From: Octopus vulgaris
Taxonomy: Eukaryota
Assembly (NCBI GenBank): GCA_951406725.2
Contig: OX597841.1
Location: 11,718,001 to 11,782,000, forward strand
Length of the DNA: 64,000 bases
Reading direction: 5' to 3'
Positions within the stretch are counted from its first letter, which is position 1; each line of letters starts with the position of its first letter. Below the pieces are notes generated by a model. The model made no database searches. It had not been told where the DNA came from and saw only the letters and a program-made list of their open reading frames with translations. Below are positions 1 through 12,207 of this stretch, piece by piece. Both the position numbers and the translations under genes were made by a program.

Positions 1-118
1 TCTCTGTGTTTAGCCGCTTGTGGGCAGTAAAGAAATAAGATGGCTGCAAGAGGTTCCAATCTTGATCTGGCAGAGTTTCTACAGCTGGATGCCCTTCCTA
101 ATGCCAACCACTCCGAGA

Positions 119-162
<44 letters not shown>

Positions 163-210
163 ATGTATCTTTCTCCACTTTTGTTCATTGTTTTTTCTTT
201 GTGTTTTCAG

Positions 211-716
211 AAAAGTTGGAGGAGCAACTGGCCAGCAACAGCAATGCCCACCTGGTGATTGCTGGAGGTTATGATGAACGGGTGACCGAAAATCGACAGT
301 ACTATCTGGAACTACGACAATTGGCAGCAAAGCTTCAGATCGAGGACGCCGTGACATTCGTGCGGTCATTCACGTCTAGTCAGAAGCTGACGCTGCTGTC
401 GCAGGTCACTTGTCTTTTATACACTCCTGATAAGGAACATTTCGGTATTGTACCTGTTGAGGCAATGTATATGAAGTTACCTGTTGTGGCCGTAGCAAGT
501 GGTGGACCCCTCGAGACCATTGAACATGGTGAGACCGGATTTCTGTGTCCGGCGACGGCCGAGGCATTTGCAGAGGCGATGCGGAAGTTTATCGATGAGC
601 CGCACCTAAAACAATCCATGGGCGAAAAGGGACGCGGTCGGGTTGAGAAGCTTTTCTCCTTCGATGTATTCACTGAGAAACTGGACAACATTGTTGAGTC
701 GTTGTGTAATAAGTGA
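211..716 (+). CDS. ALG2: Terminal coding exon of alpha-1,3/1,6-mannosyltransferase ALG2 (GT4 family)
   Basis: Acceptor tgttttcag|211 and TGA at 714-716. Translation has ALG2-typical [14 protein letters not shown] and [18 protein letters not shown]...GGPLET (GT4 EX7E motif). Confidence 0.95.
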
Positions 717-1014
717 TTGGAAACGGATCTCTAGATGACGAGGTGGACAATGCCACTGAATCTGCTGACGATAATGATGTGTATATGTATAAATATATGT
801 GTGTATATATGGTTGTGTGTGTGTGTATGCAAGTCTGCATAAATGTATGTGTTTGTGTATGTATATGTGTAAGGCTTAAAAAAGCCCTTATTGTTGGTTT
901 CCTTGTCCTGTTTTTATTCTTTATGTGTACTGTATTTTTATTTATTTGTATTGCCTTTACGTCCTGTTCTTGTCTTTTTTTTTTTTTTTTTACCCCTCTG
1001 CAAAAGAATTTTAT

Positions 1015-1554
1015 TTAACCCTTTAGTGTTTGTATTATTCTGCCAAAATTAATGCTTTTTTATCCACATTGTTTTGAACTAATCATGCATTATCTTGGTG
1101 CTATGAGATTTTGATGAGGTAGCTGTTCATTTTTAAAACGACATTGTAGTGTTGGTGTGAAAGACCAGATCTGGCCATTTTGAACATAAAACAGGCAGAA
1201 TACTTTTGGCCGGATATGGCTGGTTTGAATGCTAAAGGGTAAAAAAATGATTTAAAAAGAAGGATTTACTACAGATGTATTCAGTAATAATGATTTTTTT
1301 CCAGTACAAATAAGCTTGTGCCTATTTAAGCCATTAGTTTTTGCATTATTCTGCCAAAATTAATCCTTTTTCATCCAAATTGCTTTGAACTAATCAGGCA
1401 TTATCTTGTAGCTATGAGATTTTGATGAGGTAGCTGTTAATTTTCAAAATGATATTGTAGGGTTGGTGTGAAAGACCAGATCTGGCCAGTTTGAACATAA
1501 AACAGGCAGAATACTTTTGGCCGGATATGGCCGGTTTAAATGCTAAAGGGTTAA
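1015..1554. mobile_element. Two tandem ~220-bp piggyBac-type MITEs (1019-1239, 1330-1550)
   Basis: TTAA-CCCTTTAG...CTAAAGGG-TTAA terminal inverted repeats with TTAA target; two similar copies. Confidence 0.75.
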
Positions 1555-1587
1555 TTCATTTTGCAGGAAGGACTGCTTCGGCCGGAT

Positions 1588-1649
1588 CGTGTTCTGCCCT
1601 TACCTTCGAAACACGCATTGAGTCGAACCAGGGGCAGCTGATGAAGGGG
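1588..1649 (+). ncRNA. Putative permuted (pseudoknotted, strand order C-B-A) hammerhead ribozyme
   Basis: CGUGU-U-CUGCCCUU (1588-1601), CCUUC-GAA-ACACG (1603-1615), AGGGGCAG-CUGAUGA-AGGGG (1630-1649). Stem III is 5 bp, stem I 8 bp, stem II 4 bp, all in exact register around the conserved core. Confidence 0.65.
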
Positions 1650-2369
1650 AATACTCCTTGTATTGTTTGTCCTGTACTCTGTTTTTTCGTTGTTAAAAAA
1701 AGTCTGTTTCTTTGTTTGTTTTTATGTTTTCGTTTCTCGTGTTCTACATTTATTTGTGGTGTCCTGTACTCATATATATATATATATATGCATGTATATA
1801 TACATATAGATGTAGGTATGTACATATATGTACGTATGTATGCATATATTTTATTTGTCAAATTGTTATTATATGTGTATGTATATGTTTGTCTGCGCCC
1901 TGCCCTTATCCTTCTCCCGTTACTCACTTATGCATCCTGTACTCATTTCCTGTCCCCATATTCTATTCTTGTACCTTGAGGGGTCACTAACACCTCATCA
2001 CTGCCATCTTTACCTCTTTTTCAAACCCTACCCTGATTATTCCCATCCACCCTTAATGCAGGGCAGCCAGGTATCGTCTCTACAGCAACAGACCTATTCC
2101 TGACCTATCTTTCATACTTTAATCCCACATCGCTCTAGCACGGGGCCACCTTTCTCCCTACTGTGAAACCAATCTGTTGAGGGGATACAGGGCAATGTCA
2201 CTAGGGCCAGTGCCATGTTAGGTGCACCCAATGCTCTCTGTAAAGTGGTTGGCATTAACGGGGGTAAGTCAATTATATCAACCCCACTGCTCAGAGGGTG
2301 CTTATTTTATTGATCCTGAAAACAAAAAGCAAAGTTGATATCTTAGGATCAATAAAATAATAATAATGA

Positions 2370-3175
2370 TAATAAATCTCCAAGCGAGTTATAAACAGTA
2401 GCTACAACACATCGTGGCGTATATTTGCCATTTAAATATGGCTAATCCCTAAGGGTGGATGCTACTGTAGTTTGTAGCCCCAGGAGGACACCTTCTCTAG
2501 CTGGCCATAGACACACTTTCTGTGCCCTATCAGTATTTGCAAAGGGCGCCCCAGGAGGACACCTCCTCCAGCTGGCCATAGACACACTTTCTGTGCCCTA
2601 TCATTATTTGCAAAGGGCGCCCCAGGAGGACACCTCCTCCAGCTGGCTATAGACACACTTTCTGTGCCCTATCAGTATTTGCAAAGGGCGCCCCAGGAGG
2701 ACACCTCCTCCAGCTGGCTATAGACACACTTTCTGTGCCCTATCAGTATTTGCAAAGGGCGCCCCAGGAGGACACCTCCTCCAGCTGGCTATAGACACAC
2801 TTTCTGTGCCCTATCAGTATTTGCAAAGGGCGCCCCAGGAGGACACCTCCTCCAGCTGGCTATAGACACACTTTCTGTGCCCTATCAGTATTTGCAAAGG
2901 GCGCCCCAGGAGGACACCTCCTCCAGCTGGCTATAGACACACTTTCTGTGCCCTATCAATATTTGCAAAGGGCGCCCCGGGAGGACACCTCCTCCAGCTG
3001 GCCATAGACACACTTTCTGTGCCCTATCAGTATTTGCAAAGGGCGCCCCAGGAGGACACCTCCTCCAGCTGGCCATAGACACACTTTCTGTGCACTATCA
3101 GTATTTGCAAAGGGAAGCCATCCTTCCCGTCTTCAACTTATGATACACACGGACCCGAGTTTCTCGGGTCAATAC
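2370..3175 (-). mobile_element. Short HHR-type element (same family as 44757-45143) with internal tandem expansion
   Basis: Reverse complement of ~44915-45143; 3' half of HHR (GAAACUCGGGUC-CGUGUG) on minus at ~3145-3163. Confidence 0.7.
2477..3114. repeat. 9 x 71-bp tandem repeat
   Basis: caggagg recurs at 2481, 2552, 2623 ... 3049 (period 71), near-identical units. Confidence 0.95.
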
Positions 3176-3211
3176 ATGCTAGAAAAGGGTAATTTTCTAT
3201 TTTGAAATACG

Positions 3212-3256
<45 letters not shown>

Positions 3257-3264
3257 GTATATCA

Positions 3265-3459
3265 TACAGATGATAAAGTAATATTTTGAGTGCAGTATAT
3301 TTATAAAAACAGCGAAAAAATTGGATATTTTACCCTCATAAGATGAAAAAAGTTGCCAGCAGACAATGACAGGATTTGAACTCACGCCTCCTCAGACACC
3401 CAATCTCTCTGCTGTTTTCGCGGCCATGCTGCAGTCAAAATATTACTTTCTTGTCTGTA
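3265..3459. mobile_element. ~195-bp foldback/MITE-like element
   Basis: Imperfect 34-bp inverted termini (tacagatgataaagtaatattttgagtgcagtat / atgctgcagtcaaaatattactttcttgtctgta). Confidence 0.5.
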
Positions 3460-3777
3460 AAATATGAAACACCATCAATACTTCCTAAAAACAAAGAAAA
3501 GTTTGTTTACAATACATCCTTATAGCATTCCATCCATCCATCCAAACATAGATACATACATATATATATATAGGCGTAGGAGTGGCTGTGTGGTAAGTAG
3601 TTTGCTTATCAACCATATGGGTCCGGGTTCAGTCTCACTCTGTGGCATCTTGGGCAAGTGTCTTCTACTATAGCCTCGGGCCAACCAAAGCCTTGTGAGT
3701 GGATTTCGTAGACGGAAACTGAAAGAAGCCTGTCGTGTGTATGTATGTGTGTGTGTATAGATATATATATATATAGA

Positions 3778-4185
3778 CACAGGAGTGGCTGTGTGGTAAG
3801 TAGCTTGCTTACCAACCACATGGTTTCGGGTTCAGTCCTACTGTGTGGAACCTTGAGCAAGTGTCTTCTGCTATAGCCTCGGGCCGACCAATGCCTTGTG
3901 AGTGGATTTGGTAGACGGAAACTGGAAGAAGCCCGTCGTATATATGTATATATATATGTATGTGCGTATATGTTTGTGTGTCTGTGTTTGTCCCCCCACC
4001 ATCACTTGACAACCGATACTGGTATGTTTACGTCCCCGTAACTTAGCGGTTTGGCAAAAGAGATTGATAGAATAAGTACTAGGCTTACAAAGAATAAGTC
4101 CCGGGGTTGATTTACTCGACTAAAAAGGCGGTGCTCCAGCATGGCCGCAGTCAACTGCCTGAAACAAGTAAAAGAGTAAGAGAGT
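3778..4185 (+). mobile_element. tRNA-derived SINE, most abundant family (representative; >20 copies/fragments, e.g. 8473-8865, 23962-24362, 29265-29675(-), 42066-42400, 44083-44453, 49570-49975, 54813-55203(-), 58038-58558(-), 63052-63725)
   Basis: A-box-like tggctgtgtgg and B-box-like ggttcagtcc head, ccttgggcaagtg core, internal (TA)n/(TG)n, tail gaaacaagtaaaagag repeats. Confidence 0.9.
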
Positions 4186-4529
4186 ATGTAGAGATATATG
4201 CATGTATGTACATAAACACGTATACATATTTATACATATATAAATACACACACACACATATATATGTGCATCCAAATTTATACATACGCGCGTGCAGAGT
4301 GTTGTATATATATATAATATAAAAGTATTCTTCTATATTCGTTATTTACTAATTAAAAATATTTTTGTAAATTATCAATGTCTTTCTTATTATTAATGTA
4401 ATTAAAGCTCGCTTTACCTTATGTCTTTTTCCGGATTATTAACAAAAGCAACAATGAAAGACTGGGCTCCATAGCATCAGCTAAGCCTGACCCCACTCAC
4501 AACCATTGGTCTTTTGTCTTAATTAAGGG

Positions 4530-5110
4530 CTATTGTTATTCCGTTCTCCATGCTAGTATTGGTTTGACAGTTCAACTGGGGTCTGTGAAGCCAGAAGGCT
4601 GCACCAGGCCCAGTCTGATCTGGCAATGTTTCTATGGCTGGATGCCCTTCATAACACCAACAACTCTGTGAGAGTAGTGGGTGCTTTTTACGCGCCACCG
4701 GCACGGAGGCCAGGCGAGGTTGGCAATGACCACATTCGGATGGTGCTTTTTTTACATGCCACCGGCACGGAAGCCAGTCTAGGCGGTGCTGGCATCGGCT
4801 ACGTTCGGATGGTGCTTTTTACGTGCCACCGGCACGGAAGCCAGTCAAGGTGGCGCTGGCATCGGCCACGTTCGGATGGTGCTTTTTATGTGCCACCGGC
4901 ATGGAAGCCAGTCAAGGCGGTGCTGGCAATGGCCATGATCGAATTGGTGCTTTTTACGTGCCACCAGCACGGAAGCCAGTCAAGGCGGAGCTGGCATCGG
5001 CCATGTTCGGATGATGCTTTTTATGTGCCACCGGCACAGGTTTCACAACTGCAGTTTCCATTGATTTTTGATGTTGGTGTCCTTGACTCAATGAATCTCC
5101 TCAAGCACAG
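4530..5110 (-). mobile_element. Second SINE/RTE-related short element with ~61-bp internal tandem units (related copies ~26660-26955, ~50320-50610, ~43680-43860)
   Basis: Repeated gtgccaccggcacggaagccagtc units and shared ctggatgcccttcctaatgccaaccactc segment. Confidence 0.7.
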
Positions 5111-5763
5111 GGTCAAAACAGTGTTGTGTATATATTTATATATGTACATATGGAAGGAAATTGGTCGATGCTGGTGGCATGTGAAAAAGCTTCTTTTGAG
5201 TGTTGGGCCCCACAGAGGCAATGACCAAGACCATAGGCATTACATCGTGCTTGGGAAGGAGACCCTTCAAGCTAAGTAAAATCACAGTTGTGACAGAAAA
5301 TGGGGTCACACAAATGGCACCCATCCCAGTGGCACATAAAAGCATAACACTCTTGCAGTGATTGGCATTAGGAAGGGCATCAAGTTAAAGAAATCCATGC
5401 CAAATCAGACTGGAGTCTGGTGTGGCATTCCAGCCTTGCCAGCCCCGGTCTAACTGTCCAACCCATGCCAGCATGGACAACGGACGTTAAATGATTATGA
5501 TGATGATGATGATGACATTGAGGCCCTTCTGGTAATCAATGGAAGGGGTACTCACCAAAAAAGGGCCACTTGGAAGGCTGCCAAGATGACAAGAGAAATT
5601 AGTCAACCGTTCGGATCAAGATGGAAAAGAATGGTGCAATCAAGACAGAACTGGAAGTGTATTGTGACCAGCGGGGTATAACAGCATCTGATGGCCTGGT
5701 CAATACTCTGATACATTGATATACAGATATGGATACATATATAAATATATATATATATATATG

Positions 5764-6067
5764 TATCACCGTGACCGACCAGGCTGTCAGATGTTGCTAC
5801 ACACCGCTGGTCACAATGCGCTTCACATCGTTTTAGCCTTCAAATGACGCCACTCCACTGACTAAGCGAGCAGGCCAACAGACGAAAGAGTGAGAGAAAG
5901 TTGTGGCGAAAGAGTACAGCAGAGATCACCACCACGCCCTGCAGGAGCCTCGTGGAGCTTTAGGTGTTTTCGCTCAATAAACACTCACAACGCCTGGTCT
6001 GGGAATCGAAACTGCGATCCTATGACCACGAGTCCGCTGCCCTAACCACTGGGCCATTGCACCTCCA
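5764..6067 (-). mobile_element. Third tRNA-derived SINE (copies 33227-33530(+); fragments ~51250-51480, ~54310-54425)
   Basis: tRNA head on minus (tggcccagtggttagggcagcggactc...gtttcgattccc) and shared ...ctggtcggtcacggtgat tail. Confidence 0.8.
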
Positions 6068-6123
6068 CTATATATATATATATGGCCTGGTTGATACTCT
6101 GATACATTGATATACAGATATGG

Positions 6124-6164
<41 letters not shown>

Positions 6165-6166
<2 letters not shown>

Positions 6167-6504
6167 AGATAAGAAAATGGAGAAATACATCTAAATCAAA
6201 TATCAATTATCAGATAATACTCAATCACATACTTTATTAAACCACCACATAAGAGACTGTAGGGTTAAATATAAAAGCAGAACAAAACAGTGTACATAAA
6301 GGAATGTACATAAAAAAGTGTACATAAAAGAGTAATGTTGTATAATAAGTGGAATATATATTAAAGAGAATATATATATAAGTAAATATAAATATAAGTA
6401 TAGATTACATCTTACAGCTGTTTCGGCCATGTAGATAGGTATGTCTCATTTTACCAATATAAGCCATTTATGGTTGGTCAATATATAGATATAAATGAGA
6501 CATT

Positions 6505-6510
<6 letters not shown>
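6165..6510 (-). mobile_element. Truncated HHR-type element, same family as 50820-51230
   Basis: Minus strand aatgaga...tatctacatggccGAAAcagctGUAagatg matches 51018-51058; 5' core half is missing. Confidence 0.6.
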
Positions 6511-6538
<28 letters not shown>

Positions 6539-6564
6539 TGTGACCGACCAGGCTCTCAGATGTT

Positions 6565-7660
6565 TGACCTTAGCAACAAAGACCAAACATTCACTGTATC
6601 TAAATGCAATGATAGCCGCTGTGGCACATGCCAATTCATACATACCGGCCAATATATAAACACAAAAACCGGGAAAATATTCACAAATGCGAATATGAAC
6701 TGCAAAAGCAGAAATTTAATTTACTGCATCAAATGCCCAAATTGTGAAGAAATATATGTAGGTCACGGGAAACGCACTATTAGAACGCTCACGTGTACAC
6801 CGACAACAGATTAGAGACCCAGAGGTCCGTCAGATACCTTTGAGTATCCACCTAGCAACATGTGGTCGGAAAATATATATAATATTTCCATTCTACAAAT
6901 TTCACAGCCCAAGTGAAATCGAGAGGAAAATCAGAGAAAAGAATTTTATTGATAAATTCGAACCCAAGCTAAATAAGCAATAATAATAATACTTAGAGGT
7001 ATTACTTCCACTGCTACGACCATGACCACTAACAACAACAACAATACTAAAGGTGATCAAGATGAAGATAGCAGGAAAATTATCTTATTTAGGGTTAAAA
7101 GTTCTATTGCCACCACCATCACCACTAGCAACAATAATTAAGGTACTGACAATGATGATGATGACAATTGAAATATAAGAATATAAAAATCTCTGACAAA
7201 GGCTATTTACAACATTTCTAAAAGTAGCCCAACAATTGCTGCCTAGGCCAGGGTTAAGATACAGGACTCTTGACATGTCCAACAAAGCGTGACGCCTAAA
7301 CCAATCAGCTCAACCAACCCATCAGCTTAAATAATTGAGTGATACTACACACTGATTGGTCAGAATACAGTTTGCAAAACCTAGCAATCTGGAGCCTACA
7401 CAGCTGTATTTAAGGCACAGATTCAATCATCTCGCTACAGTCAAAAATTGTGAAGTATGACTGTCACCACTACTACATGAACCTGAAGATTGCAGAATTC
7501 AATGCATGAAAGTACTAGTTCAATCAGAATGAACATTTAACATTCTATTATTTTATTTTATTTTATTATATTATATTATATTATATCATTATAAGATTGT
7601 AAATAAAACGTGAAAACCAGACAAGGTTGGAATTCCTTTTATTAATATATTCTTCTATAC
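6565..7660 (+). mobile_element. 5'-truncated Penelope-like element: GIY-YIG endonuclease remnant plus pseudo-LTR
   Basis: CNDSRCGTC...NCKSRNLIYCIKCPNCEEIYVG, frameshift near 6764, then R..H..IRD...H...REKNFIDKFEPKLN* (stop 6981-6983). Downstream: CCAAT/ATTGG boxes, TATTTAA, HHR, AATAAA at 7602. Confidence 0.85.
7478..7522 (+). ncRNA. Minimal type I hammerhead ribozyme (canonical core)
   Basis: UGAAC-CUGAAGA-uUGCA gaauucaa UGCAu-GAAA-GUAC-UA-GUUCA; palindromic stem III AGUACU; lies in PLE pseudo-LTR. Confidence 0.85.
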
Positions 7661-7679
7661 ACAATCACACACACCCGTA

Positions 7680-7710
<31 letters not shown>

Positions 7711-7901
7711 ATATATATATGTGTGTACATGTAATATGAATGTATAAATATATATATATATAAATATGTATATCTACACATGTATGTGTATGTATATGTA
7801 TGCATGTTTATGCACACACATAGATGTATGTATGTGCGTATGTATATATATGTATGTATATATACATGCATGTGTGTGTGTGTATATATATGTGTAACTC
7901 C

Positions 7902-7959
<58 letters not shown>

Positions 7960-9181
7960 GCTTGCATGTGCAAGTGTGTGTCTTTGTGTTGCTTTCCCAT
8001 CGCTGCTTAAGAACCAGTGTTGGTTTGTTTGCTTTCCTGTCACCAGTTTAGCAAGAAAGGATAAACTAAGTGCCAATTGACTTGTTTGACTTAAAACCTT
8101 TGAAGATGTTGCTCCAGCATGGCCACAGTCGAATGACTGAAACAAGTAAAAGACAGCCATTATGTCATGTATGTGTGTATGTTTATGTATCTGTGTGTGT
8201 ATTTGTGTTCGTATCCCAACACCATTTGATGACCTATGCTGGTTTGTTTGCATCCACCTAACTTTGTGATTTGGCAATAAAATAAAAAAAAGAAAAAAGT
8301 GACTATGTGGTAAGAAGCTTGCTTACCAACAACATGGTTCTGAGTTTAGTCTCACCTTGGGCACCTTGGGCAAGTATCTTCTACTATAGCCTAGGGCCGA
8401 CCAAAGCCTTGTGAGTGGATTTGGTAGACGGAAACTGAAAGAAGCACGTTGTGTGTGTATATCATATATATAAGGCGCAGGAGTGGCTGTGTGGTAAGTA
8501 GCTTGCTAACCAACCACATGGTTCCGGGTTCAGTCCCACTGCGTGGCATCTTGGGCAAGTGTCTTCTGCTATAGCCTCGGGCTGACCAATGCCTTGTGAG
8601 TGGATTTGGTAGACGGAAACTGAAAGAAGCCTGTCGTATATATGTATATATATATGTGTGTGTGTTTGTGTGTCTGTGTTTGTCCCTCCAACATTGCTTG
8701 ATAACCGATGCTGGTGTGTTTACCTCCCCGTAACTTAGCGGTTCGGTAATAAGAGACCAATAGAATAAGTACTAGGCTTACAAAGAATAAGTCCTGTGGT
8801 CGATGTGCTCGACTAAAGGCGGTGCTCCAGCATGGCCGCAGTCAAATGACTGAAATAAGTAAAAGGGTATGTGTGTATGTATATATATATTTATGTGTCT
8901 GTGTCTGTGTTTGTCCCCCATCCCCATCGCTTGACAACTGATGTTGGTGTATTTACATCCCCGTGACTTAGCAGTTCAGCAAAGGAGACTGACAGAATAA
9001 GTACCAGGCTTACAAAGAATAAGCCCTGGGGGTCGATTTCCTTCGACTGAAAGTCAGTGCTCCAGCATGGCCACAGTCAAATGACCGACACAAGTGAAAG
9101 CCTTTGATTTGTTCGACTAAACAGCTTAAGGCTGTGCCCCAGCATGGCCACAGTCTAATGACAGAAACAAGGAGGAATGAA

Positions 9182-9381
9182 ATGAACACCCCCTCCTCTT
9201 CCCCACCCTCCACCTCTTCCCCACCATCCCCCTCCTTCACCTCCTCACCCGCCCTCCACCTCCTCCCCACACTCCACCATCTCCCCCACCCTCCACCTTC
9301 TCCTCCACCCTCCACCCGACGAGGCATTCTTATAGACAGCAGGGTACTTGACCTTGATAAAAATATGCAGGAAGTTATGAG
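9182..9381 (+). CDS. Coiled-coil gene, probable first coding exon (Pro/Ser-rich)
   Basis: MNTPSSSPP...RGILIDSRVLDLDKNMQEVM, ag|gtcagt donor in phase 2, matching the next exon. Confidence 0.6.
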
Positions 9382-10062
9382 GTCAGTAATTGGTGGGAGA
9401 GGGGGGGGTTACCCCCCCCACCCCGAGGTAAGGGTGGCATCGCCATGACAACCAACAACATACCAACAACATTTGTTGAGGTGACAAAAGTTTTTGAAAC
9501 TTTCCGCGGAGTCCCTGGATTTAGGTGGATCAATATATCCGTAAGTAAATACGTTCTGAGTTCAAATTCCACTGAGGTCACCTTCACCTTTCATCCTTTC
9601 GAGATTGATAAATTAAGTACCAGTTGCGTACTGGGGTCGATCTAAGTGACTGGTCCCCTCCACAGAAATTCTGGGCCTTGTGCCGAGAGTAGAAAAGGAT
9701 GTATGTATAAGTAATGCATGTATTTATACGTTTGTGGGGATGTATACAGTTGTACTGTAATACATGTATGTATATCTATATATGCATATGAGTGTGTATG
9801 TATACATACACTTGTACTGTATGTGGAGTGAGTGTATATGTTTGTGCGGCTATATACTGTCAAACTGTAAGTAAAGTAGATGTATGTATAATTGATTATA
9901 TATATTTCGTTTTTGTACGTGGTTTGCAATAAGGCACTAAAAGAGAATGACTTGTCCTAGACACAATGAATATATATATATATATATATATACAAATATA
10001 TATGTGTGTGTTTTTATATATATATATATATATATATATCTACACAAATATATATGTATGTA

Positions 10063-10160
<98 letters not shown>

Positions 10161-10209
10161 ATATATATATATATACAAATATATATGTATATATATATAT
10201 ATATGAGTG

Positions 10210-10278
<69 letters not shown>

Positions 10279-10297
10279 GAGTGTATATGTGTGTGTT

Positions 10298-10337
<40 letters not shown>

Positions 10338-10389
10338 TATATGTATGTATATATATATATACAAATATATATGTATGTATGTATGTATG

Positions 10390-10442
<53 letters not shown>

Positions 10443-10472
10443 ACAATAATATGTTACATTACTTGATAGTCA

Positions 10473-10532
10473 AGATAAAACTCTGAGTTTCAGATGCCGA
10501 AGTGGGAATCCACGACATCTCTTCGGTTATCT
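10473..10532 (-). ncRNA. Hammerhead-like motif, U4C variant (second copy 32205-32266 +)
   Basis: AGAUAA-CCGAAGA-GAUG...CAUCu-GAAA-CUCAGAG-UU-UUAUCU. Confidence 0.6.
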
Positions 10533-10586
10533 GGCTATTTGAAAACCTCATATATATATATATATATGAGTGTATATCTCTGTGTT

Positions 10587-10640
<54 letters not shown>

Positions 10641-10926
10641 TACAGGGTGCTGTAAATTTATTATCGTCTAAATTACACAAAAATGAAAATAACACTGACA
10701 TCTCATTTTAAGAGATACATTTGAGTGTGTGTGAGTGTGTGTGTGAGTGTGTGTGCGTGTGAGTGTGTGTGTATGTGAGTGTATGTGTGTGAGCGTGTGT
10801 GCGTGAATGTGTGTGAGTGTGTGTGAGTGTGTGCATATGAGTGTGTGTGAATGTGTGTGTGTGTGAGTGTATGTCTGTGTGTAAGTGTGTGTGTCTGAGT
10901 GTGTGTGTGTGTGACTGTGTGTATGT

Positions 10927-10973
<47 letters not shown>

Positions 10974-11040
10974 TGTGTGTGTGTGAGTGTGTGTGTGTGA
11001 GTGTGTGTATGTATGTGAGTGTGTGTATGTGAGTGTGTGT

Positions 11041-11144
<104 letters not shown>

Positions 11145-11780
11145 TTAAATATCTACAGATATTTAATTATAATCCTTTCTGATCTGTTTGCAAATTCAGC
11201 CGTGAAATCTGAAACCAGGTTACAAGGATGAACTCCACAAATTCATCTCAAACTCGGAAGCAGTAAGTCTTTTCCTCCTTAATTGTTTTAGGCTGCAACC
11301 GGGATGTGCTCGGTTCAATCCTGCCTTCTGGTACTCCAAGCAAAATGTTGTCTAATATTGCTATGAACAAGGCTTTATAATATGGATTCAGGGGAAGGAA
11401 ACTGGGTGGAAGCCTTTTCTGTGTACATACATACATACAAACACATACACACACACACACACACATACACACACACACACATACATGCATGTGTGTATGA
11501 TACATGTATGTATATGCATGTGTGTTGTGGAGGCACATGGCCTAGTGGTTAGAGCAGCGGACTCACGGTCGAGGGATCACTGGTTCAAATCTCAGACCGG
11601 GCGATGTGTGTAACGCCTAAGCTCCACAGAGGCAATGACAAATGACCAAGACCATAGGCATTATGTTGTGCCTGGGAAGGAGACCCTTCAAGCCAAGTAA
11701 AATAACAGTTGTGGCAGAAAGTGGGGTCACACAAATGGCACCCATCCCAGTGGGACATAAAAGCATAACACTCTTGCAAA

Positions 11781-12207
11781 GTTCAGAGAGCTCCTACCTC
11801 TGCTGGTGACAAAGGGCCTCTCGCTCAGAGTAAAGGGTAGACTATATGACGCATGTGTGTGAACACCTATGCTACATGTCAGTGAAACATGGGCTGTGAC
11901 TGCTGAGGACATGCATAGGCTTGAAAGAAATGAAGCCAGTATGATCCGATGGATGTGTAATGTCAGTGTGCATACTCGACGGAGTGTAAGTACCTTGAGA
12001 GAATAGTTGGAATTAAGAAGCATCAGGTGTGGTGTGCAAGAGAGACGACTGCACAGGTGTGGTCATGTGTTACGTATGGATGAGGACAGCTGTGTGAAAA
12101 AGTGTCACAATGTAGCAGTAGGGGGAACTTGTTGAAGAGGTAGACCCAGGAAGACATGGAGTGAGGTGGCGAAACACGACCTTCGAATGTTGGGCCTCAC
12201 AGAGGCA
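11781..12207 (+). mobile_element. RTE-clade LINE ORF C-terminal remnant
   Basis: FRELLPLLVTKGLSLRVKGRLYDACV...SETWA...RRL..GHVLRM...RGRPRKTW, with in-frame stops. Confidence 0.85.

Noticed and set aside
2477-3114. CRISPR-like regular repeat
   Set aside because: Units are wholly repeated with no unique spacers; eukaryotic context; no cas genes.
4470-4520. Minus-strand CUGAUGC preceded by aggcuuag
   Set aside because: No matching GAAA or UH strands found in either canonical or permuted order.
4626-5279. 217-aa ORF and similar SINE-spanning ORFs (e.g. 19212-19958)
   Set aside because: Entirely within repeated elements; recurring peptides reflect repeat copies.
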